Assembly: GCA_017624835.1 (NCBI GenBank) | Contig: JAGAMG010000046.1 | Coordinates: 45,152-109,151, forward strand | Length of the DNA stretch: 64,000 nucleotides | Reading direction: 5' to 3' | Source: Lachnospiraceae bacterium | Lineage (GTDB): Bacteria > Bacillota > Clostridia > Lachnospirales > Lachnospiraceae | Shown here: positions 8,899-16,871 of the stretch, in pieces | Numbering within the stretch: position 1 is the stretch's first letter | Layout of the letters: each line of letters begins with the position of its first letter | Notes under the pieces: model-generated | What the model saw: only the letters and a program-made list of their open reading frames with translations | Database searches by the model: none | Told to the model about the DNA's origin: nothing | Made by a program: the position numbers and the translations under genes

Positions 8899-8928
8899 AA
8901 GGCTTTCCCCGTGTGGAAGGCCTTTTTC
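8899..8928 (+). terminator. Probable terminator
   Basis: AAGGCTTTCC...GGAAGGCCTT followed by T-run. Confidence 0.65.
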
Positions 8929-9002
8929 TGTATAATGTATATTAAGAATAGAGTGGGAAGAGATAGCAAATAAGTATTATAATGATACAAAGGAGAAAGA
9001 GC

Positions 9003-9437
9003 GTGAATATTGCATCGTTTATTTTACCTAAGGTAGAGGTTTCTTATCTGCGCGATCATATGACAATCCGTCAGGGGTTGGAAAAAATGCGTAGAAGCGG
9101 CTACACAGCCATACCTGTAATCGACAGGGAAGATCGTTATGTGGGGGTTATCAGTGAGGGGGATTTTTTGTGGCGCATTATAGAGCGCAATAGTAATCTG
9201 GAAGATATTACCATGAAAAAATTGGAAGATATGACGATACGTGATTTGATTCAGATGGGAAAGGTAAAGCCTGTTTGTATTGATACCAATATGGAACAGC
9301 TTTTGGGGCAGGCGCAAAATCAGAATTTTGTGCCGGTAATTGATGACAGAAGCGTATTTATCGGTATTATAACCAGAAGTGATATTATCAAATATTTTGT
9401 AAAGAAGCAGTTGGAAGTGCCGGCGGCTTTGTATTAG
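9003..9437 (+). CDS. CBS-pair protein (YkuL/DarB/CbpB-like)
   Basis: GYTAIPVID...YVGVISEGD and FVPVIDD...FIGIITRSDI; GTG start after AAGGAG. Confidence 0.85.
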   Translation: MNIASFILPKVEVSYLRDHMTIRQGLEKMRRSGYTAIPVIDREDRYVGVISEGDFLWRIIERNSNLEDITMKKLEDMTIRDLIQMGKVKPVCIDTNMEQLLGQAQNQNFVPVIDDRSVFIGIITRSDIIKYFVKKQLEVPAALY

Positions 9438-9440
9438 GCT

Positions 9441-9469
9441 TTGACTTTCTAACTGAAAAAATATATAAT
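9441..9469 (+). promoter_or_regulatory. Sigma-A promoter of apt-rel operon
   Basis: TTGACT-N17-TATAAT. Confidence 0.75.
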
Positions 9470-9526
9470 CAAAATTACGAATAATGAATTTTGACGAATG
9501 ATTCATGAGAAAGGTGTGGATAAACC

Positions 9527-10051
9527 ATGAAAAAGTTGGAAGAATATGTAAGAAGTATACCTGATTTTCCGGAGCCGGGCATCATTTTCCGTGATGTGAC
9601 CAGCGTGTTACAGGATGCAGAGGGTCTTCATTTAGCAATTGATACCATGCAGGATAAAATTAAAGATTTGGAATATGATGTTGTAGTAGGACCGGAGTCC
9701 CGTGGTTTTATCTTTGGTACACCCATTGCATATAATAACAGAAAACCCTTTGTTTTGATTCGTAAGAAGGGAAAGCTTCCCTGTGAAACAGTGGAAACCA
9801 CCTATGATTTGGAATATGGTACCGCTACTATTGAAATGCACAAGGATAGCATAAAGCCCGGTCAGAAGGTATTGATTGTGGATGATTTGATTGCTACCGG
9901 TGGCACTACTCAGGCAATGATTGATTTAATTGAATCCTTGGGCGGTGAAGTAGTGGGTATTGTAGTGATGATTGAATTGGCAGGTTTAAAGGGACGTGAG
10001 CGTTTGAGCAAATATCGTCTGGATTCAGCAATCTGTTACGAGGGTAAGTAA
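9527..10051 (+). CDS. apt: Adenine phosphoribosyltransferase
   Basis: PDFPEPGIIFRD, ESRGF, RKKGKLP, YDLEYG, VDDLIATGGT. Confidence 0.97.
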   Translation: MKKLEEYVRSIPDFPEPGIIFRDVTSVLQDAEGLHLAIDTMQDKIKDLEYDVVVGPESRGFIFGTPIAYNNRKPFVLIRKKGKLPCETVETTYDLEYGTATIEMHKDSIKPGQKVLIVDDLIATGGTTQAMIDLIESLGGEVVGIVVMIELAGLKGRERLSKYRLDSAICYEGK

Positions 10052-10095
10052 ACGGACAATTGGGGAAATGCAAAAAACAAAGCATGGAGCAGCCT

Positions 10096-12414
10096 ATGAC
10101 AGAAGAAAAAAATGAGGTCATTTTTGATAGCGGTAAAATGAGTAAATCCCAGGAATTTGTGGATCCCGATGAGCTTTATCAGGAGCTTATTAAGCGTGTA
10201 AAAAAATATCACCCCAGCGATGATACGTCCATGATAGATAAGGCATATAAAATAGCCTTTGAAGCACATAAGGAGCAATTTCGTAAATCGGGAGAGCCCT
10301 ATATTGTTCATCCTTTAAATGTGGCGATTATATTGGCTGATTTGGAATTGGATAAGGAAACCATAGTGGCAGGAATTCTGCATGATGTAGTGGAAGACAC
10401 CATTATGACGGATGAAGACTTAAAGAGAGAATTTGGCAATGATGTGGCACTTTTGGTAGATGGTGTTACCAAGCTGGAGCAGATTCCCTTATCAAGCAGT
10501 GTGGAACAATCCGATGCCAAGCTGGAGATGCAGGCAGAGAATTTGCGAAAGATGTTCCTTGCCATGGCAAAGGATATCAGGGTTATTATGATTAAGCTGG
10601 CAGACCGCCTGCATAATATGCGTACCCTGAAGTATAAGAAAAAGGAAAGTCAGCAGCGTATTGCCAAGGAGACGCTGGAGATTTATTGTCCCATTGCACA
10701 GCGTTTAGGTATCAGCAAAATTAAAATTGAATTGGATGATTTATCCTTAAAATATCTGGAGCCGGAAGTCTACTATGATTTGGTAGATAAAATTGCTGTC
10801 CGCAAAAGTGTCCGTGAGAGCTATATTCAAAGCATTGTGGACGAGGTGGGTGCCCATATCAAGACGGCGGGAATTAAGGCAAAGGTTGACGGTCGTGTGA
10901 AGCATTTCTTCAGTATTTACAAGAAAATGAAGAACCAGAATAAGACCCTGGATCAGATATATGATTTATTTGCTGTCCGCATTATTGTGGACTCTGTAAA
11001 GGATTGTTATGCGGCATTGGGAGTCATCCATGAAATGTATAAGCCCATTCCCGGGCGTTTCAAGGATTATATTGCCATGCCTAAGGCAAATATGTATCAG
11101 TCCCTGCATACTACCTTGATTGGAAGTACGGGGCAGCCCTTTGAAATTCAGATTCGAACCTTTGAAATGCATAAGGCTGCAGAATATGGTATTGCAGCCC
11201 ATTGGAAATATAAAGAGGCTTCTGATGGAAAGAAAGTAGAGAAGCGGGAGGAAGAGAAACTGGTATGGCTGCGCCAGATTTTGGAATGGCAGCAGGATAT
11301 GTCCGACAACAGGGAATTCATGAATTTGCTTAAGAATGACTTGGATTTGTTCTCGGACAGCGTATACTGCTTTACCCCTTCCGGTGAAGTAAAGAATCTT
11401 CCGGCAGGTTCCACCCCCATTGATTTTGCTTATAGTATTCACTCGGCTGTAGGTAACAAAATGGTTGGTGCCCGTGTAAACGGTAAGCTGGTTACCATCG
11501 ATTATCGGATTAATAACGGTGACCGTATTGAGATTATTACTTCCCAGAATTCCAAGGGACCAAGTCGGGATTGGTTAAATATTGTAAAGAGTACTCAGGC
11601 AAAAAATAAAATCAACCAATGGTTTAAAGCGGAAGTAAAAGAGGACAATATTATCAAGGGCAAGGAAATGCTTGCCACCTATTGTAAAAATAAGAGTGTA
11701 ATGCTTTCTAATCTGTTAAAGACGGATTATATGGAAGCTATTCAGCGAAAATATGGCTTTCGGGATTGGGATGCAGTGTTAGCGGCAATCGGACATGGTG
11801 CCTTGAAGGAAGGTCAGATTGTCAATAAGATGCAGGAATTTTTTGACAGAGATCATAAGAAGGAAATGACCAATGAGGAGGTTCTTGCAAGCATTGCAGA
11901 GTCCAATAATATTGTAGGCCGTACCCCCATGATGAAGTCTAAGAGTGGTATTGTGGTAAAGGGAATTGCGGATTTGTCCGTGCGTTTTTCCAAGTGCTGT
12001 TCTCCCGTACCCGGGGATGAAATTGTGGGCTTTGTAACCAGAGGGCGTGGTGTTTCCATTCATCGTACGGACTGTGTCAATATGATGAATCTGCCGGAGA
12101 TGGAAAGAGTGCGAATTATTGATGCAGAATGGCAGACGGGAAAGGATGGAGTGTCAGGCGGCGCTCTTGCAGAAAAATATACTGCTGAGATAAATATTTA
12201 TGCCAACAACAGAAATGGCTTGCTGGCAGATATTACCAGGGCTCTTACGGAAAAGAATATTAATATTTTAGCGATGAATACCAGAACCAATAAACAGGGA
12301 CTTGCAACACTGCAAACCACCTTTGAAATCAGTGGACGTGATGAGTTGAACCGGATTATTGAAAAAATTAATGGTATTGAGAGTGTAATCGACATAGAAA
12401 GGACTACCGGCTAA
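10096..12414 (+). CDS. relA: Bifunctional (p)ppGpp synthetase/hydrolase (long RSH)
   Basis: HD motif HDVVED, KLADRLHNMRT, RFKDY, YQSLHT, EIQIRT, TGS (TPIDFAYSIHS), ZFD (KCCSPVPGD) and ACT; start taken as ATG 10096 after GGAG. Confidence 0.97.
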   Translation: MTEEKNEVIFDSGKMSKSQEFVDPDELYQELIKRVKKYHPSDDTSMIDKAYKIAFEAHKEQFRKSGEPYIVHPLNVAIILADLELDKETIVAGILHDVVEDTIMTDEDLKREFGNDVALLVDGVTKLEQIPLSSSVEQSDAKLEMQAENLRKMFLAMAKDIRVIMIKLADRLHNMRTLKYKKKESQQRIAKETLEIYCPIAQRLGISKIKIELDDLSLKYLEPEVYYDLVDKIAVRKSVRESYIQSIVDEVGAHIKTAGIKAKVDGRVKHFFSIYKKMKNQNKTLDQIYDLFAVRIIVDSVKDCYAALGVIHEMYKPIPGRFKDYIAMPKANMYQSLHTTLIGSTGQPFEIQIRTFEMHKAAEYGIAAHWKYKEASDGKKVEKREEEKLVWLRQILEWQQDMSDNREFMNLLKNDLDLFSDSVYCFTPSGEVKNLPAGSTPIDFAYSIHSAVGNKMVGARVNGKLVTIDYRINNGDRIEIITSQNSKGPSRDWLNIVKSTQAKNKINQWFKAEVKEDNIIKGKEMLATYCKNKSVMLSNLLKTDYMEAIQRKYGFRDWDAVLAAIGHGALKEGQIVNKMQEFFDRDHKKEMTNEEVLASIAESNNIVGRTPMMKSKSGIVVKGIADLSVRFSKCCSPVPGDEIVGFVTRGRGVSIHRTDCVNMMNLPEMERVRIIDAEWQTGKDGVSGGALAEKYTAEINIYANNRNGLLADITRALTEKNINILAMNTRTNKQGLATLQTTFEISGRDELNRIIEKINGIESVIDIERTTG

Positions 12415-13091
12415 TGGCAGATATTAGAATTGGAAGAATGGTATTGGGCGTTTGTCAGACCAATTGTTATTTTGTATATCGGGAGGGATGCAAGGAAGCT
12501 ATTGTAATAGATCCCCCCGACCAGGGAGAAAAGATATATGATGCTTTGAAGCGAAATGGCTTTACCGTGGAAGCTGTCTTTCTGACCCATGGGCATTTTG
12601 ACCATATTTGGGGCTGTGAAGGCTTGGTGGCTGCGGCTGCTCAGGATAACGAAAAGGAAAGTGGTGGAGCAGATTGTGATAAGGCAGTAAAGATATACGC
12701 CTGTGAAGCAGAGGCAGAGGTGCTTGCAGATGCCCGCAAAAATGTATCCTCCGGAATGGGCAGACCCATAACCATGGAAGCGGATGTGTATGTAAAGGAT
12801 GGAGAGGAGCTTACCATTGCAGGAATGACCTGTAAAGTAATTGCCACACCCGGACATACCGCCGGAGGTTGTTGCTATTACTTTGAAGAAGCCGGACTTT
12901 TGGTAAGTGGAGATACTCTGTTCCAGGAATCCGTAGGCAGAACGGATTTCCCCACCGGAAGTATGAGCACTTTGGTGCGGTCTATCAAAGAAAAGCTTTT
13001 GGTATTGCCGGATGATACACTTGTGTATCCGGGGCATGGAGATAGTACTACCATCAGTCATGAAAAGAAATACAATCCTTTCTTGGGATAA
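12414..13091 (+). CDS. MBL-fold metallo-hydrolase (glyoxalase II-like)
   Basis: THGHFDH, TPGHT, SGDTLF, YPGHG. Confidence 0.92.
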   Translation: MADIRIGRMVLGVCQTNCYFVYREGCKEAIVIDPPDQGEKIYDALKRNGFTVEAVFLTHGHFDHIWGCEGLVAAAAQDNEKESGGADCDKAVKIYACEAEAEVLADARKNVSSGMGRPITMEADVYVKDGEELTIAGMTCKVIATPGHTAGGCCYYFEEAGLLVSGDTLFQESVGRTDFPTGSMSTLVRSIKEKLLVLPDDTLVYPGHGDSTTISHEKKYNPFLG

Positions 13092-13109
13092 AATGTTTGA
13101 GAATGATGA

Positions 13110-13156
13110 AAAAGCACTTTTTCGAGACGTTGCAGAGTTTCTAAAAGTGTTTTTTT
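13110..13156 (+). terminator. Probable terminator
   Basis: AAAAGCACTTTT...AAAAGTGTTTTTTT inverted repeat with T-run. Confidence 0.6.
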
Positions 13157-13171
13157 ATTGCAAGGTGAAGA

Positions 13172-13260
13172 ACATTTGGCGAAAACGTGAAAAACAAAGC
13201 ATAAACATTTTGCAAATTCGTGAAAAACCAGATATATACATTTTGTAAATTCGTGATAGA
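13172..13260. repeat. Three degenerate direct repeats, 33-bp period
   Basis: ACATTTGGCGAAAACGTGA (13172), ACATTTTGCAAATTCGTGA (13205), ACATTTTGTAAATTCGTGA (13238). Confidence 0.75.
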
Positions 13261-13326
13261 ATTTATAAGAAGTTATATATTCCTGTTTATATGACCATGT
13301 TAATTTAGAAGAATAAGGAGATTATT

Positions 13327-14769
13327 ATGTTTGCAGTAGAATTAAACAAAGCAAATTTTGAATATGATGTGCATTCCCTTGTAAAGGCATTTTATCCGGA
13401 AGAGCAGGTAACTGTGCTTACACCGGAAAGTAAGGAGGAAAAACGTGCAGAGCTTGCAAAGGATGTAAAGCTGTGGATGGAATTGCGGGAAAACGGTGCA
13501 GAAATAAAAGCGGAGGAGCAAGGTTATTTATGGGATTATACGGGTGGAAACTATAAAGACGGCTTTAAGCGTTTTCTCTACAGAGTACTCTGTGAGGTAA
13601 CCGGAAAAACCTTGCCTTGGGGGAATCTCACCGGTATCCGCCCTACCAAGATTGCCTATGGTTTGTTGGATGAAGGAAAGAGTCATGCAGAAATTCAGGA
13701 ATTTTTACAGGAAAAGCATTATGTCAGTGAAGAAAAAGCACGGCTTAGTATTGACATTGCCGAGAGGGAACGGGAATTATTAAAGGATGTCCATTATGAA
13801 GGGGGCTACAGTCTTTACATAGGGATTCCCTTTTGTCCTACTACCTGCCTATATTGTTCCTTTACCTCTTATCCGATTGCTGCTTACCGAAAGGTAGTAG
13901 ACGACTATGTGGATTGTGTTATCAAGGAAATGGAATACACTGCTAAGCGTTTTTCTCATAAGATATTGGATAGTGTATATATTGGCGGCGGAACTCCCAC
14001 CACCTTAGAGGCAGAGCAGTTGGACAGGCTCATTGGCAGATTAAAGGAGCTTTTTGATTTTTCCACCGTAAAGGAATTTACCGTGGAGGCAGGACGTGCG
14101 GACAGTATTACCGGAGAAAAGCTGGAGGTACTATACAAGCATGGTGTCAGCCGCATCTCTGTCAATCCCCAGACTATGAAACAGGAGACCTTGGATATTA
14201 TCGGAAGACGTGCCACTGTGGAGCAGGTATTGGAGGCTTACAAGTTAGCTAGAGAGGTGGGCTTTGACAATATCAATATGGATTTGATATTGGGACTTCC
14301 CGGGGAATTGGAAGAGGATGTAAGAAACACCATTGACCATGTGGTAGAGTTGAATCCGGACAGCTTAACCGTCCATTCCCTTGCCATTAAGCGGGCATCC
14401 CGTTTAAATCAGTGGATTCAGGAGAATGGTGTTTCCATGCTGCACAATACGGATGAGACAATGAGAATTGCCGCTGAGGGTGCGAAAAAGCTTGGCATGG
14501 AGCCCTATTATTTGTATCGCCAGAAGAATATGTCCGGCAATTTTGAGAATGTGGGCTATGCAAGAGAGGGCAAGCTGGGGCTGTACAATATTTTGATTAT
14601 GGAAGAGAAACAGACCATAGTAGCACTTGGCGCGGGTAGCATCACCAAGCTGGTATTGCCGGATGGCCGGATTGAGCGCTGTGACAACGTGAAGGATGTT
14701 GCGCTGTACATTGAGAAGATTGATGAAATGATAGAACGCAAGGAGCAGCTTTTATCATTGGGAGACTGA
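13327..14769 (+). CDS. hemZ: HemZ-like radical SAM protein (coproporphyrinogen dehydrogenase family)
   Basis: PWGNLTGIRPTK, CPTTCLYC, YIGGGTPT, PYYLYRQKN; typical position after rel. Confidence 0.9.
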   Translation: MFAVELNKANFEYDVHSLVKAFYPEEQVTVLTPESKEEKRAELAKDVKLWMELRENGAEIKAEEQGYLWDYTGGNYKDGFKRFLYRVLCEVTGKTLPWGNLTGIRPTKIAYGLLDEGKSHAEIQEFLQEKHYVSEEKARLSIDIAERERELLKDVHYEGGYSLYIGIPFCPTTCLYCSFTSYPIAAYRKVVDDYVDCVIKEMEYTAKRFSHKILDSVYIGGGTPTTLEAEQLDRLIGRLKELFDFSTVKEFTVEAGRADSITGEKLEVLYKHGVSRISVNPQTMKQETLDIIGRRATVEQVLEAYKLAREVGFDNINMDLILGLPGELEEDVRNTIDHVVELNPDSLTVHSLAIKRASRLNQWIQENGVSMLHNTDETMRIAAEGAKKLGMEPYYLYRQKNMSGNFENVGYAREGKLGLYNILIMEEKQTIVALGAGSITKLVLPDGRIERCDNVKDVALYIEKIDEMIERKEQLLSLGD

Positions 14770-14885
14770 TAATGAAGCTATGGATTACTTCCGCTTTTAC
14801 CTAAAGGCAGCAGTTACACCGGCATTGAATTGGTTCTATTCCTACATCTATACCAGAATGAATTTCAGGGAGTACGCCAAGGAGC

Positions 14886-16871
14886 TTAGATTGTATGACG
14901 GTGTGGAGCCTTCCGGCGGCCGGGCGCAGTGGTATGTGGGTTAATCGGAATCGAAATACCTACACGGAAGGTATTCTCCATGGGCATGATATCCACCTTG
15001 CCACCATGAGCGGTTACTATTTCTCGGACAGATTCTATGCCCACGCCGAAGCGTTTGTTTTGGCTGTCTTTGCGTGACAGAAGGCGATGGTTCTTTTGAT
15101 ATACTATGGAATCATAGGTGTTTTCTACCATGAGGAACCATTGACCATCGGTATCATAGGTGGTTAGGAGAATATGGCCTTTTTCTCCGTCCGGAAGGCG
15201 GTCACATGCTTCTATGGCGTTTTCCAAAAGATTGCCTAAAATTCGGGTAAGCTCATCCACTGAAAGTGATATTTGTGTTGGCAGCCGGAAGCGCAAATCA
15301 ATCTGCAGCTTCTGTTCCTTTGCGATATGATAATAACAATTAAGCAGGGCATCCAGTATAGGATCAGTTGAAAAATTGCCGGTCACCAAAGCTGTATGCG
15401 AGCTGGTATGCATGGACACATCTTCAATATATTTTTGTAAATGCTCAAGTGTATCCTTATTGGACGGTTCTGCCTGCAGTTTAGTAAGGGACTCTGATAT
15501 GGTACGCAGTTGATGACGGAAATCATGGGTCATCCGGCGTTTCAAAGCCAGCTGTTCATCCAGGGTTTGGGTATAGGACTTCAGTATAGACATTTGTTTT
15601 TTTATCTGACGGTTTTCTTCATCGAAAGCAATTCGGTTGATGTATGTGTTTACCAAATCATTCCAGAGGGAATAGCCAATGGAGCATACCAAAAACAGGC
15701 TTCCCCAGTCGGCAAACCAGCCATACAGGATGGGTTCGAAGGAGGGGAGAATTCTGTCCCATATATAGACAGTTGCATATCGGATGGTTCCGTAAAAAAC
15801 CGGTCGGGAATAGCTGTTTTTCCTGTAGAGAGCCAAACCGGCCGTGATAAGCAGGTACGTGGCAAAGCCCGGCTTGTAAAATAACAAGCAGCGGGAAAAA
15901 AGCCGCATGATGGGCACAGTCAGATGAGAGGCGAATAAGCCATAGCAACCGGCAAATACAACAAAGAGTCCTGCAATCAGGGAGGAAATTCTTCTTGGAT
16001 AATAACCGGTATCACAGAGTTTGTTGTGTAGCAAAATTACAAGAAGCATCATGCCGTAGATGCTGCAAAGCTCCAAGGCATACCAGGGAAATACGGGAAG
16101 CTCCCATAGGGTGTGTATCACAGGAAATAACGGAGTCAGGCACATAAGCAGACAAAGAGCCGCAAGAAGCAGGGAAGCTTTGTTGCGCATGCGGATGCCG
16201 AAATACACTGTGAACAAGGAAAACAAAAGCCCGATAGTACTTGCTGACAGCGTGAAACCCAGACGGATATTGTGAAGGGTACTCACCTTGGAAAAAATTC
16301 CGAACACAGGCGGATATACCAGACCGCTGTAAAAGTGAGAGTAGTCAGTAACTGCAAGCAGCAGAGTCGTATCACCGGAGGCCTCAAAAGCGATGAGCCC
16401 GGAGCGAGTGCGGGGAACATAGGCAGCGGGCGATGGCTCGCCTGCCTGTGAGACAAGCACACCATTTATGTACAGCTTGTAGGAGGAATAGATTTCCGGA
16501 AGCTCCAGGGCATAGATTTGTGGCTGCTCGGGAAGACTTAAGTGAAGGGCATAGGAGCCGCTTCCGTGAGGGTCCTTGGGGTGAGCAGAACTGTCAAAAC
16601 GGGTGCGGGCTCCAATGTCCGTATAGTACATATAAGTGCCGGGATAGGCTTCGGGTGTCAGCAGACAGTCCGGATAAAATTCCCAGTCCTTTATCAGAAA
16701 ATGATAATCCTCCAAATCAGCTTCCGTGAAAGTCAGCTGTCCCAGATGGGGCTGCAAAGTAAGATGGGTATACTTGTTATTTAGGGTATACAGACCCAGG
16801 CAAAAGCCGGAAATCAATATAATTGTCAAGATATAGGGAATCAGTTTCTTCAGTGTTTTCAACATGATCAT
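14886..16871 (-). CDS. GHKL (AgrC/LytTR-partner type) sensor histidine kinase with extracellular beta domain and multi-TM region
   Basis: H-box THDFRHQL, N-box ILGNLLENAIEA, G-box GVGIESV; N-terminal TM, extracellular domain, then ~7 hydrophobic segments. Confidence 0.88.
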   Translation of the reverse strand: MIMLKTLKKLIPYILTIILISGFCLGLYTLNNKYTHLTLQPHLGQLTFTEADLEDYHFLIKDWEFYPDCLLTPEAYPGTYMYYTDIGARTRFDSSAHPKDPHGSGSYALHLSLPEQPQIYALELPEIYSSYKLYINGVLVSQAGEPSPAAYVPRTRSGLIAFEASGDTTLLLAVTDYSHFYSGLVYPPVFGIFSKVSTLHNIRLGFTLSASTIGLLFSLFTVYFGIRMRNKASLLLAALCLLMCLTPLFPVIHTLWELPVFPWYALELCSIYGMMLLVILLHNKLCDTGYYPRRISSLIAGLFVVFAGCYGLFASHLTVPIMRLFSRCLLFYKPGFATYLLITAGLALYRKNSYSRPVFYGTIRYATVYIWDRILPSFEPILYGWFADWGSLFLVCSIGYSLWNDLVNTYINRIAFDEENRQIKKQMSILKSYTQTLDEQLALKRRMTHDFRHQLRTISESLTKLQAEPSNKDTLEHLQKYIEDVSMHTSSHTALVTGNFSTDPILDALLNCYYHIAKEQKLQIDLRFRLPTQISLSVDELTRILGNLLENAIEACDRLPDGEKGHILLTTYDTDGQWFLMVENTYDSIVYQKNHRLLSRKDSQNKRFGVGIESVREIVTAHGGKVDIMPMENTFRVGISIPINPHTTAPGRRKAPHRHTI

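Noticed and set aside
12411-13061. 216-aa antisense ORF over the MBL hydrolase
   Set aside because: Shadow frame of a well-supported gene with no recognisable motifs.
13172-13260. Possible mini CRISPR array
   Set aside because: Only three degenerate units, ~14-nt intervening segments too short for spacers, and no cas genes.
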